Shown: positions 10,005-18,736 of the stretch, piece by piece
How positions within the stretch are numbered: the stretch's first letter is position 1
Layout: every line of letters starts with the position of its first letter
From: a virus
DNA length: 64,000 nt
Direction: 5' to 3' (one strand)
Virus record (IMG/VR): IMGVR_UViG_2687453351_000002
Coordinates: 2,312-66,311 of that record
Position numbers and translations under genes: made by a program
Notes under the pieces: generated by a model
The model's database searches: none
What the model saw: only the letters and a program-made list of their open reading frames with translations
What the model was told of the DNA's origin: nothing

Positions 10005-11327
10005 TCAGAGCGACCAGCCGGTCGCGGTGAAGCCCGCGATGGCCTCGTCATGGCTGGGGGCGAGGTCGTGTTCGGAGACCGCGCGCATCAGCGTGAGATC
10101 CCGCTGGAAGGCCGAGATCGTCTCGCCATTGGCATCGACGAAGGCGGCCTCGGTCGAGGCGGCGATGGCGATCTGCATCGCGTCCCCGATCACCACCTCG
10201 TCGAAATCGGCGAAGGTGATCTCGGTGCCGTCGCCTTCCGCGCCCAGATTGTCGGGCACCTGCGAGGTGGTGCGGATCGGGTAGCCCTTCAGCGTCCCGC
10301 TGGCATCGATCGAGGGGAAGACCGGGGTGCCGCGATCATCGCGCAGGCTCGCGAGCCAGTTCTTGGCCGAGGCGCGCATGATCCAGCCGGGGTGCACCAT
10401 GCCGACATTGGCGTCCTCGACCGTCGAGACCGCCCAGCGAACCGCTGCCTCGGCCGCCGCCGCCGTGCCCGCGATGCCGTCGCGCCAGTTCGCGGCCAGC
10501 GCCCAGTTGCGCAGCCCCTTCGGCGTGTCATTCGCGCCGTCGCCGCGCAGGAAGGCCAGATCCTCGCGCAGCGCCATCGCCTTCAGCAGGTCATCCCGGG
10601 CATGCTGGGCCATGGCGACCGAGGAATGCCGCAAGAGGCTGTTCGAGAGCGGCACCAGCGCGCGCAGGAGCTTGAAGGACTTGTCGACCGCATCGAAGCT
10701 CATCTCGCTTTCCGCGATGGCCGAGGTCTCGGCGCCATAGCCCGCGGTCGCGCCCGCGCTCTGGCGCGCGATGCGCAGCTCACCGGCCGGCATCGGCACG
10801 GTGCGCGCGCCCGAGGCCCGGACGGTGACGCGCGGGCGCAGGAGCGCGATCAGTTCCTCGGATTGCGCGGCGGGAATGGTGATGCCGCCCGCGGCTTCCG
10901 AGGCGCCCGACATGATCGCGGCAACGCCGGAATGGCCATCGGCTTCGAGCCGGGCCACCGCCCGCTCGCGGTCGCCCCGGCTGGCCGCCAGCGCATGCAG
11001 CATGAACCCCACCTCGACGCCCCGATGCGCGGGATTGCGGGGCGTGGCGGCCTGCGGCGCGGGGGTTTGGGCGGGCGCGGGATCGTCGCCTCCGGTTGCG
11101 GCGGCGGCGCGGGCGGCTTCCGCGGCCTCGGCCCGGCCGACCTGGGCGTTCAGCGTCTCGAAGCCCGCCTGGGCCTCGGCAAAGGCGGTCTCGGCCGCGG
11201 CGATGGCCTCGGTATCGGGCGTTTCCGCTCCTTCGAGCGCGGCCAGCGCATCGGCGCGCTCCTGCATCTGCGCGGCCGCCGCGTGGCGCTCGCGGCGCAG
11301 GTCGTTCAGGTCACGGGGTTTGGGCAT
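10005..11327 (-). CDS. Major capsid protein (HK97 fold, N-terminal scaffold domain)
   Basis: 440 aa; coiled-coil N-terminus, GGITIP, LKGYPIRTTSQVP. Confidence 0.92.
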   Translation of the reverse strand: MPKPRDLNDLRRERHAAAAQMQERADALAALEGAETPDTEAIAAAETAFAEAQAGFETLNAQVGRAEAAEAARAAAATGGDDPAPAQTPAPQAATPRNPAHRGVEVGFMLHALAASRGDRERAVARLEADGHSGVAAIMSGASEAAGGITIPAAQSEELIALLRPRVTVRASGARTVPMPAGELRIARQSAGATAGYGAETSAIAESEMSFDAVDKSFKLLRALVPLSNSLLRHSSVAMAQHARDDLLKAMALREDLAFLRGDGANDTPKGLRNWALAANWRDGIAGTAAAAEAAVRWAVSTVEDANVGMVHPGWIMRASAKNWLASLRDDRGTPVFPSIDASGTLKGYPIRTTSQVPDNLGAEGDGTEITFADFDEVVIGDAMQIAIAASTEAAFVDANGETISAFQRDLTLMRAVSEHDLAPSHDEAIAGFTATGWSL

Positions 11328-11345
11328 GTCGTTCTCCTGGTTGGC

Positions 11346-11383
11346 AAAAGCAAAAGCCCCGCCCGGAGCGATCCGGACGGGGC
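11346..11383 (-). terminator. GC hairpin plus U-rich tract between protease and capsid genes
   Basis: Minus strand GCCCCGTCCGGA-TCGC-TCCGGGCGGGGC followed by TTTTGCTTTT. Confidence 0.6.
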
Positions 11384-11407
11384 AGCAAGTTCCCGATCTC
11401 GGGACGT

Positions 11408-12328
11408 TCAGAGCGTGGCGCGGGCCTGCGCGGCGGCGGCTTGCGCCAGGTGGCCCCGGCCCGAGCTCCGCCGGGCGGCGGCGGGCCTGGGCGCATGGGC
11501 CGCAAAGATCCGGTCATAGAAGGCCAGGCGGGTCTCGGCGCGGTCGGCAAGGCCGCGGGCGATGGCCGCCTCCGGCCCGAAGGTCGCCCCGCCATCGGCC
11601 GGGTCGTCGGTCACCGACAGCCGCGCGGCCAGATCCCCGGGGGCGATGCCCCGGCCGCGGGCGACATCGGCATGGAAGGCCGCCTCATGGGCATCGAGAT
11701 CGCGCCGGATCTCGGCCCGGCCCGCCTCGGTCTCGGGGTTCGGCAGCTTTGCGCGGGCATGGGTCGAGGTGAAGATCTGCCATTGCTGGCCCGCCCTGTC
11801 CGGGCCGACCGGCCAGCCCGCCTGGCGCATGATGCCGATGGAGCCCGCGAGGCTGCCCGGCGTCATCGCGATCTCCGAACACTGGCTCGCCAGGTGATAC
11901 CCCATCGAGGCCGCCAGCGGATTGACCAGGGCATGCACGGGCTTGACCGCCGCCAGCGCCGCGATGGCCCCCGCCGCAGCCGCGCCGCCCAGGACCAGCC
12001 CGCCCGGCGTGTCGAACTCGATCACCACCGCCGCCACGTCCTCCTGGGCGGCCAGCGCCCCGCAGGAGGCCTCGATCCCCGCGAAGGTCGCCCAGCCGAG
12101 GTAGCGTTCGAGGATCTCGGCATTGGGCGTCAGCACGCCCCGCACCGGCATCACCGCCACGCCCCGCGCGACCGCGAAGCGCTCGCCGCGGGCCACCTCG
12201 ACCGGCCCGGAAAGCGCTGGCCCGGCGGCAGGCGCGGCGGGCAACGGCAGCCCCAGAAGCCCCGCGCCGAAGCTGCGATCCAACGCCAGGGGGGCGGCGC
12301 CCAGAAGGCTTGCAATCGTCGTTTCCAT
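11408..12328 (-). CDS. Prohead protease, S49/SppA family
   Basis: EFDTPGG, AASMGYHLASQC and GSIG motifs. Confidence 0.88.
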   Translation of the reverse strand: METTIASLLGAAPLALDRSFGAGLLGLPLPAAPAAGPALSGPVEVARGERFAVARGVAVMPVRGVLTPNAEILERYLGWATFAGIEASCGALAAQEDVAAVVIEFDTPGGLVLGGAAAAGAIAALAAVKPVHALVNPLAASMGYHLASQCSEIAMTPGSLAGSIGIMRQAGWPVGPDRAGQQWQIFTSTHARAKLPNPETEAGRAEIRRDLDAHEAAFHADVARGRGIAPGDLAARLSVTDDPADGGATFGPEAAIARGLADRAETRLAFYDRIFAAHAPRPAAARRSSGRGHLAQAAAAQARATL

Positions 12329-13629
12329 CAGTCCTCGTCCTCTTCGGTCCCGGTCTTGCTGTCGTCATCGCGGGTCATGTTGGGGGCGGGGTTGAGGCGG
12401 TCGCCGCCCTCGACGGGGGCGCGGCCGTCCTCGGCGCGGGCCTCGTTCGCGGTCAGGAACGGGCCGCCCACCGCCGCCTTCAGCGCGTCGTAGCGCTCCT
12501 TCGTCGTCGCCTGCATCAGCGCGTCGTAATCGTGCCGGAAGAAGAGCCCGGCCCGCCGTTCCGCCTCGGTCAGCACGCCGAGCGCCAGCTGCGCCTCGAC
12601 GAAGCCGCCCCAATGCAACAGGCAGTCGGTCTTGTAATCGATGGCCTGCTGCTGGCCGTTGGCCTTCACCCCGTGTTCCAGCATCTGCAGCTTCGAGGGT
12701 GGCACCCGGTAGATCGCGGCGATCTGCTCGCGGTCGAACTTGCGGCTTTCCAGGAGCTGCTGATCGGCGGCCGAGAGATCCAGCGACTTGATGTCGTCGG
12801 TGGCGCCGATGATCGGGATCCCGTTGGCCTCGGGATCGGTCAGCGCGTTGCGCACGCGGCGGGCATTGCGGTGCCAGGCCTCGTCATCCTCGTAGACATC
12901 CTCCATCTTCAGGACCGCGCGCATCTGCACCCCCGAAGCCGCCCGCGCCGCGGCCTCCTGACCGGCCAGCGCCAGCCCCACCGACTCGGCCGCGACCTGC
13001 AAGGGGCTGCGCCCGGTCCAGCCGTCCTCGGCCATGTAGCGCAGATGCACCATCGCCCGGGACGGCGCCCGGCGCTGGATCCCGGCCCCATCCTCGAAGG
13101 CATAGAAGCGCGCCCGGCCGTCGCGAAGCTCGGCGCAGAGATCGGGACGGATCACATCCAGAAGCGTCAGCTCGCCCGCGCCGTCGCGGGGCGCATAGGC
13201 ATAGCCCCGGCCGCGCAGCGCGAAGGCATAGACCAGCGCAAAACGCGCGAGACGGGCCGCCACGCCCGGGGCGGATTCGGTGTTCAGCAGATAGGTCGCG
13301 GCATGCTCGACCACCGGCTCGGCCCGGCTCGGCCCCATCCGCTGGTAGAGCCGCAGCGGCACCTTGGCGAGATCGCCCGCGATCACGTTGCAGCAGGCGA
13401 AGACCGTGGCATGACGCTGTGCCGCCAGCGGCGTCACCACCGGCAGCGAGCGCACCCGGGATTGCGTGCCCGCCCAGTGATCGCCGAACCACGGCGACGG
13501 GGCGCGTGTGCCCGAGGGCTCGACAGGTCCGGCCGCAGCCATGCTGGCCGTGACCGGCGGCTCGCGCCGGGGTTCGGGCCGGGGGGCCTCGGCTTTCCGG
13601 CCGCGCGTGAGGAAAGGAAGTCCGATCAT
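12328..13629 (-). CDS. Portal protein (HK97 family)
   Basis: VFACCNVIAGDLAKVPL, EQIAAIYRVPP, LTANEARAE motifs. Confidence 0.92.
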   Translation of the reverse strand: MIGLPFLTRGRKAEAPRPEPRREPPVTASMAAAGPVEPSGTRAPSPWFGDHWAGTQSRVRSLPVVTPLAAQRHATVFACCNVIAGDLAKVPLRLYQRMGPSRAEPVVEHAATYLLNTESAPGVAARLARFALVYAFALRGRGYAYAPRDGAGELTLLDVIRPDLCAELRDGRARFYAFEDGAGIQRRAPSRAMVHLRYMAEDGWTGRSPLQVAAESVGLALAGQEAAARAASGVQMRAVLKMEDVYEDDEAWHRNARRVRNALTDPEANGIPIIGATDDIKSLDLSAADQQLLESRKFDREQIAAIYRVPPSKLQMLEHGVKANGQQQAIDYKTDCLLHWGGFVEAQLALGVLTEAERRAGLFFRHDYDALMQATTKERYDALKAAVGGPFLTANEARAEDGRAPVEGGDRLNPAPNMTRDDDSKTGTEEDED

Positions 13630-15287
13630 ACCGTTGCCACGTCCCGTGCCTTGCGTTTGCCCGCCTCCGCCTCGGCGCGGCCGAGCGCCATGATCGCGGC
13701 CACCGCCGGATCGATCCGCCCCTTCGAGCGCGCCTTGTTGGGCTTGATGTTCTCGGCCGCATCCTCGTCGCGATGGACATTTCCCACCGCCCAGGCCAGC
13801 ACCGGATTGCCGCCATGCCGCAGCCGCCCCTGCGCCACCGCGCGCTCGAAGCGCTTCATCGGCGAGGACATCGAGGCATAGCCCTGGCCATGCTCGACCA
13901 GCGGAAAGCGCCGCTTGACCAGCTCCTTCGCCACATACTTCATGCCCCAGCGGTCATAGGACAGCTCGCGCAGATCGAAGCGCGCCCGGATCCATTCCAG
14001 CCGCTCGATCACCCGGTCCTCGTCGATCACGCCGCCGCCATGCACCTCCAGCCAGCCCTGATCGCGCCAGGCCACGTATTCCCGCTTCTCGCTCTGCGCC
14101 CGCGCGATGAAGCCCTTCGGCCCCGAGGGCAGGAAGGAATAGCTGACCAGGTAGACCTGCCCGTCCTTCGGGATCGCGATGCAGATCGAGGTCAGGTCGG
14201 TGGTCTTCGACAGATCGAGCCCGACCCAGGCCGGGCGGCCGTAAAGCGCCTCGGGCGCGAAGGGCTCGGCGCCCCTGTCCCAGATCTCGCGCTCGATCCA
14301 GGACTGCGCGCCCTCGGTCCAGAGGTTCATGTGCAGCCGCCGGAAGTTCGGCATCTTGCCCGAGATCACCGTGGCCTCGCGGTAAAGCTCGGCAAAGCGC
14401 TCCTCGCTGAAGGCGATGCCCAGGTTCGGGTTCGCCATCTTCCAGGCAACCGGATCGCCCACGTCGCAATCGCCAGGCGGCTCGGCGACATAGGCAAAGA
14501 AGCTGTCATCCTCGACATCGCCCCGCAGGACGGTCGCGGAGTATTCCCTCAGCTCGCCGCAGATCGAGGCCATGTCGGCGCCTGCCGTGGTGATCGCCCA
14601 GTCGATGGGCTGGGCGCGGGCGATCATCGAATTGACCACCACCTCGGCCAGTTCGCGGTCGGTCCAGCGGTGCACCTCGTCGCGGGCGACGAAGCTGGGG
14701 TTGATGCCATCGGCCGAGTTGCCATCGCGGCTGAGCGTCCGGATCGTGCCATTGGTGATCGCGGTCGAGATCAGGTGCTTGTTGTCGGTGTCCATGAAGG
14801 CCGAAAGCGCGGGCGCGGCCTTGATCATCCGCCGCAGCTCGCGGAACAGAAGCCCCGCCTGATCGCGCGTCGTCGCGGTGCAGAAGCCCTGGGGGGCGGC
14901 CTCGCCATCGAAGAGCTGGGTGAAGAGCATCGGCACCGCCGTGTCGGTGGTCTTGCCGTTCTTCTTCGCGACTTGGTGATAGGTGGTGCGGAACCGCCTC
15001 AGCCCGTCCTCCTGCTTCCAGCCGAAGACCGAGCCATGCCGGAAGACCTGCCAGGGCGTCAGCTCCAGCGGGCGGCCCGCCGCCGGACCCGTCGTGTGCT
15101 TGATCAGCCGGGCGAAGTTCAGCACCCGGCTTGCCAGCTTGCAGTCGAACCAGAGCCCGCGGTCGCGGCCGGTTTCCAGATCCATCAGATGGCGTTCGCA
15201 AGCGAGCCGCACCAGCGTGCCCGCGATCTCGCGGCCCTCGATCACATCGAGCGCATAGCGCGAGACCGGGTGGTCAATCGGGTCCAT
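13626..15287 (-). CDS. terL: Terminase large subunit
   Basis: VAKKNGKT Walker A, DEVH Walker B, GLDLS and RIDPAVA nuclease motifs. Confidence 0.95.
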   Translation of the reverse strand: MDPIDHPVSRYALDVIEGREIAGTLVRLACERHLMDLETGRDRGLWFDCKLASRVLNFARLIKHTTGPAAGRPLELTPWQVFRHGSVFGWKQEDGLRRFRTTYHQVAKKNGKTTDTAVPMLFTQLFDGEAAPQGFCTATTRDQAGLLFRELRRMIKAAPALSAFMDTDNKHLISTAITNGTIRTLSRDGNSADGINPSFVARDEVHRWTDRELAEVVVNSMIARAQPIDWAITTAGADMASICGELREYSATVLRGDVEDDSFFAYVAEPPGDCDVGDPVAWKMANPNLGIAFSEERFAELYREATVISGKMPNFRRLHMNLWTEGAQSWIEREIWDRGAEPFAPEALYGRPAWVGLDLSKTTDLTSICIAIPKDGQVYLVSYSFLPSGPKGFIARAQSEKREYVAWRDQGWLEVHGGGVIDEDRVIERLEWIRARFDLRELSYDRWGMKYVAKELVKRRFPLVEHGQGYASMSSPMKRFERAVAQGRLRHGGNPVLAWAVGNVHRDEDAAENIKPNKARSKGRIDPAVAAIMALGRAEAEAGKRKARDVATV

Positions 15288-15711
15288 CGAGTGTCCTCAG
15301 GATCTCGCCGAAGAGATCGCCTTGCCCGCCCGCGCTCATCCGCGCCTCGTCGACCGGCGTCATCCCGAAGCGCGCGGCGAGCTGGTTCATGGTGGCAATC
15401 GCGTCCTGGCGCTGGCCCCTGACCGCGCGCTTCTTCTGCTGCCGCCCGTTCCGGGTCTCGACCTCGTACCAGCTGCCGAAGGCCGCGATATCGCCGGTGA
15501 AGCGGATGACATCGGCCACCGCCTCGCAATAGACGGCGAAGGGGTCGTGAAAGGCCGGGTCGAGCCGCCGCTTGCCCGCCAGCACCGGCGCGAGCCGGTC
15601 CCAGGCGTCGCGGCCCTCGACGCTCATCCAGTCGGGCGCCTCGGGCACGGGCGCCGTCTGGTCGGCCTTCATCGGCACGACATTGTCGAGCTTCGGCTTC
15701 TGACCGCGCAT
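15274..15711 (-). CDS. terS: Terminase small subunit, P27 family
   Basis: LAARFGMTPVDEAR motif; precedes TerL. Confidence 0.88.
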   Translation of the reverse strand: MRGQKPKLDNVVPMKADQTAPVPEAPDWMSVEGRDAWDRLAPVLAGKRRLDPAFHDPFAVYCEAVADVIRFTGDIAAFGSWYEVETRNGRQQKKRAVRGQRQDAIATMNQLAARFGMTPVDEARMSAGGQGDLFGEILRTLDGPD

Positions 15712-15830
15712 CGGACCTCCCTAAGGGGCTTATAATCGTGGGCTTTTTTTGCCAATTCGGCCCGCGTAACAGGAAAGCTCCCATGCGCGGTTCCCGAGGG
15801 GGGCCCCGGATTTTTGGACACCCCCCGGTG

Positions 15831-16214
15831 TCAGTTGCGCCCGAGAACCTCGCGGGCGGTCTTGCGACTGTGGCACCTCTTGCAGAGCGCCTGCCAGTTC
15901 GAGCGATCCCAGAACTTTGCCCGGTCGCCCTCGTGCCGCGCGATGTGATCGACCTCGGCGGCCGGGGTCACCAGCCCGAGCCCCGCGCAATCGACGCAGA
16001 GCGGGTTGGCCTCGAGGAAGGCGGCGCGCGCGGTCTTCCAGGCGGGGCTGGCATAGAGCTTCGAGCGGCGCCGGATCTCCTCGGCCGTCTTCACCTTCGC
16101 CCGCCGCGCGCGGCCCCGGTCTATCCGCTCGGCCTCGTGCAGCTCGCAGAGCGCGGCGCCAGGGACAGCGAGGTCGTCGCAGCCAGAGGCCGCGCAGAGC
16201 TTGCGGATCGTCAT
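15831..16214 (-). CDS. HNH endonuclease (cos-cleavage accessory)
   Basis: CVDC...VDHI...NWQALCKRCHSRKT. Confidence 0.9.
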   Translation of the reverse strand: MTIRKLCAASGCDDLAVPGAALCELHEAERIDRGRARRAKVKTAEEIRRRSKLYASPAWKTARAAFLEANPLCVDCAGLGLVTPAAEVDHIARHEGDRAKFWDRSNWQALCKRCHSRKTAREVLGRN

Positions 16215-16233
16215 GGATGAGGCCTCCCGGAAC

Positions 16234-16270
16234 GCAAAGCGCCCGCAGCGGGGGGGTCCGCTCCGGGCGC
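16234..16270 (-). terminator. Terminator-like hairpin at head of late operon
   Basis: GCGCCCG..AGCGG/CCGCT..CGGGCGC stem followed by TTTGCGTT on minus strand. Confidence 0.55.
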
Positions 16271-16285
16271 AGCTTGGGTGACGGC

Positions 16286-16315
16286 ACTATGTCAACGGGG
16301 CTAGAGAAACGTCAA
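16286..16315 (-). promoter_or_regulatory. Candidate late promoter
   Basis: TTGACG-N18-CATAGT on minus strand; second TTGAC 20 bp downstream. Confidence 0.5.
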
Positions 16316-16409
16316 GAAAAAAGTTTCTGTGGGCGGGAGCGTCGAGGATTCAGGAGCAGACCTGAGCCCGGTCATATCGTGTCATCATAGCCACATCATG
16401 TGCCGCAGA

Positions 16410-17373
16410 TCACGTACTTCCGGGGCCGTTGAGATGAACCTCTCTAAAAATCAGCAGGGGCGTCAAGCTGTACGCTTCGGCTGGGCGACCAAGAATCGTC
16501 CGCACCAACGGCATTATTGATGACGCAATGGCGGCAACAAAGTACTCTGCTCCATCCGGCGAAATATCTCCCGCATCTTCTATGGAGAAATTGTCAGGCT
16601 TCGCGTCGAGCACTCCAAGAACCGCCCATTCCCCTGGGAACTTGACGCCGTGCGTCGCTGCAATGCTTGACGGTGGTGTAGTCAAGCCTTCCCGCAAAAG
16701 CGTGAACCATGTCCTAACCGGGCCGTCCACGTTCCCCTGAACCTCATGCGGAAACTCCGAGATCATATCAAGCATCAAATCAACTTCAGAGGGAGGCTTC
16801 TTATTCGGCACCTTGGCCGTTGTCTTCTCGGCACTTCGGCGCCGCTGGCGATTCTGGACATCAGGAAGCTGCCCCACGCTATGCCGAATGAGGGACTGCA
16901 CACTTTTCATTCCCCACATTTTCTGAATCATACCAAGATCAAGGATACTGAGACTTCCTGAAATAAGAACGATCTGACCAATATTGGAATGCGCTATATC
17001 TTTGCAGATTAAGCCCCTTTCACCCAAGGCATCGAGAAACTCTCGCGCATTCGCCCAAGTTGGATCATAGATGCGCGTAATATCTTCCCGATGCTGGCGA
17101 ACAACTTTCTCCGAGTTATCGTTTTTATACTTTGCAAATCCCGCGACTCCCGCCTCAACCTGAATACCTGAATACCTGAATACCTGCATCACTGTCTCGC
17201 CCCTCGGTTGCGGATCGCCCCTGTGATATTTCTTTAAGCGAGCCGGAAGGGTCGAACTGCGCAAGGAATGAGGCAATTCGGCGCGAATCCTGATATAAGA
17301 AGTCAAAGATGGAATCTGCGCTTAGTTTTTCTTGCTCCGCGCTTGATGTCTCGTCGCGTTTCTTCGATTTCAC
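16410..17373 (-). pseudogene. AT-rich accessory gene (~315 aa if repaired) frameshifted by an 8-bp tandem repeat; DUF6414-like from recollection
   Basis: 5' part (GTG 17373, DFLYQDSRRIASFLAQF) and 3' part (YDPTWANAREFLDAL) join in frame when two repeat units are removed. Confidence 0.7.
17158..17186. repeat. (AATACCTG)x3 plus a partial unit
   Basis: Units at 17163, 17171 and 17179, preceded by ACCTG. Confidence 0.95.
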
Positions 17374-17470
17374 GGTCAATGCCCTCCGCCTCTTTACGGA
17401 GCGCCTCACGCTTTTCGTCTGCCTCCTGGCGAAGCTTTCTGAAGCGCTTCAACCATCCAATTCGACACAT
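17303..17470 (-). CDS. Small basic coiled-coil protein, first gene of accessory pair
   Basis: MCRIGWLKRFRKLRQEADEKREALRKEAE...; overlaps the next gene; start uncertain. Confidence 0.45.
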   Translation of the reverse strand: MCRIGWLKRFRKLRQEADEKREALRKEAEGIDREIEETRRDIKRGARKTKRRFHL

Positions 17471-17592
17471 CTGGCGACCACCCGGCGAATGTTCGACTGG
17501 TATACGCATCGTAAGGACGCTCTCCGATTTGCCTAGCACTACCTGATGTCTGCTCAAAGAGTCCATCTATGTACTGATCTCCAGTCGGCCTT

Positions 17593-18276
17593 TTACACCC
17601 ACGGCCGCATCGGTGGCATGTTCCGGGTGACCTCGATCCGCGTCAGGTCCGCCCCCGTCAAAGCCGCCTGTATCGCCAGCAGATAGCCCCACCAGTCGAG
17701 ATATGCCCGCCGCGCGGCCGCGATCCGGGCGGGCGTCGGATCCCAGACGCAGGGCGTGAAGCGCACCGCGTCCTGGACGATCACGCCCTTGCGGTTGCGG
17801 CGCGGGATCTGCTGCCAGCCCTCGATCCCGAGCGTGGCGGCATCCGCCGTCTTCGCGTAGCGGCCCCAGCGGTTCACCGTCCAGTCTTCCGGCTTCAGCC
17901 TTGGCCGGGCGTCGGGCATCCAGTCGGGGGTGCGGCCCGCGCGGGCGAGATCGGCCACCAGCGTCGCCGCGTACCAGGGCAGCGTGTTCCGAACCACGGT
18001 CGCGATCAGCTCGGCATCGTCATGCGGGGTCGACCGGCCGCGGCTGGTGTCGACGCGCGCGCCCAGCTGGGCGCGTTCGAGGGCCACGTATTCCATGCCG
18101 AAGGGGCGCCAGCCGGTGCCGCCGACCGCTTCGATCTCGTCATGGTCGAGCCGGGCGCATTCGGTGCCGAAGGCCCATTCCAGCGCCGCGCGCACCGGCA
18201 TCGCGCGCCGGGCCGGGCGCTTCCGCTGCCCCTGCATCTGCATTTGCCTGTCCATCATCATCGCGCGATCCTGCAT
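17593..18276 (-). CDS. Putative late-gene regulator
   Basis: AGGAG RBS before ATG 18276; last gene of early-right operon, upstream of packaging genes; function inferred from position. Confidence 0.55.
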   Translation of the reverse strand: MQDRAMMMDRQMQMQGQRKRPARRAMPVRAALEWAFGTECARLDHDEIEAVGGTGWRPFGMEYVALERAQLGARVDTSRGRSTPHDDAELIATVVRNTLPWYAATLVADLARAGRTPDWMPDARPRLKPEDWTVNRWGRYAKTADAATLGIEGWQQIPRRNRKGVIVQDAVRFTPCVWDPTPARIAAARRAYLDWWGYLLAIQAALTGADLTRIEVTRNMPPMRPWV

Positions 18277-18331
18277 CTTGTGGCTCCTGGCGGGGTTTGA
18301 CCCCGTATGTTGTTTTTCGTTCTGGACGATA

Positions 18332-18668
18332 CGGCCCGACCGGCCCGAAACGCCCCCAGCCCGGCCCGAAACGGAGGCGGTCGCCGTGGCGCCGATCTCC
18401 CCATAACCTTCTGTCTTTCCTTGCCTCTTTTCTTCCTCCACGGCTTGAACGGCCCGAACGGCTTGAAAAACAGAGCTACGCGTAAAGACGGTTCTTCCCA
18501 TGGCTTTGCCCTCTATCTCGCGCGCACGCGCGAACCCCGGAATTTCGGGCCGCTCGGGCCGTTCAGGCCGGGATTTGGCTCGCAAGCCATTGATATCGCG
18601 TGTCGCCCCGCGCCCCTTGGTCGCCTTCGTCTCAGGCCGTTCCGCCGGGTTTCGGGCCGGTCGGGCCG
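18332..18668. repeat. Mirror-symmetric array of 9-bp CGGCYYGAN iterons; putative origin
   Basis: Six forward and six reverse copies; perfect 20-bp inverted repeat at 18332-18351 / 18649-18668. Confidence 0.8.
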
Positions 18669-18736
18669 GTGATCCGGGGCGGCCGGACGGCCGGAAGCCT
18701 CCGATGGATCGGAAACGGGGTGCGGGGTGCGGCGCA

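Noticed and set aside
386-15422. Very long plus-strand ORFs (e.g. 386-3220, 4783-7209, 10050-11519, 12310-13881, 13773-15422)
   Set aside because: Antisense shadows of GC-rich minus-strand structural genes; Arg/Gly/Pro-rich with no motifs.
1-16214. Gene transfer agent cluster
   Set aside because: Linked to its own HNH, replication, repressor and integrase genes, so it is a prophage.
16410-17306. 298-aa ORF as given in the track
   Set aside because: Its first ~45 codons are out-of-frame read-through; the true 5' end lies in the 17155-17409 frame.
18332-18668. CRISPR array
   Set aside because: Repeats are 9 bp, in both orientations, without spacer periodicity or cas genes.
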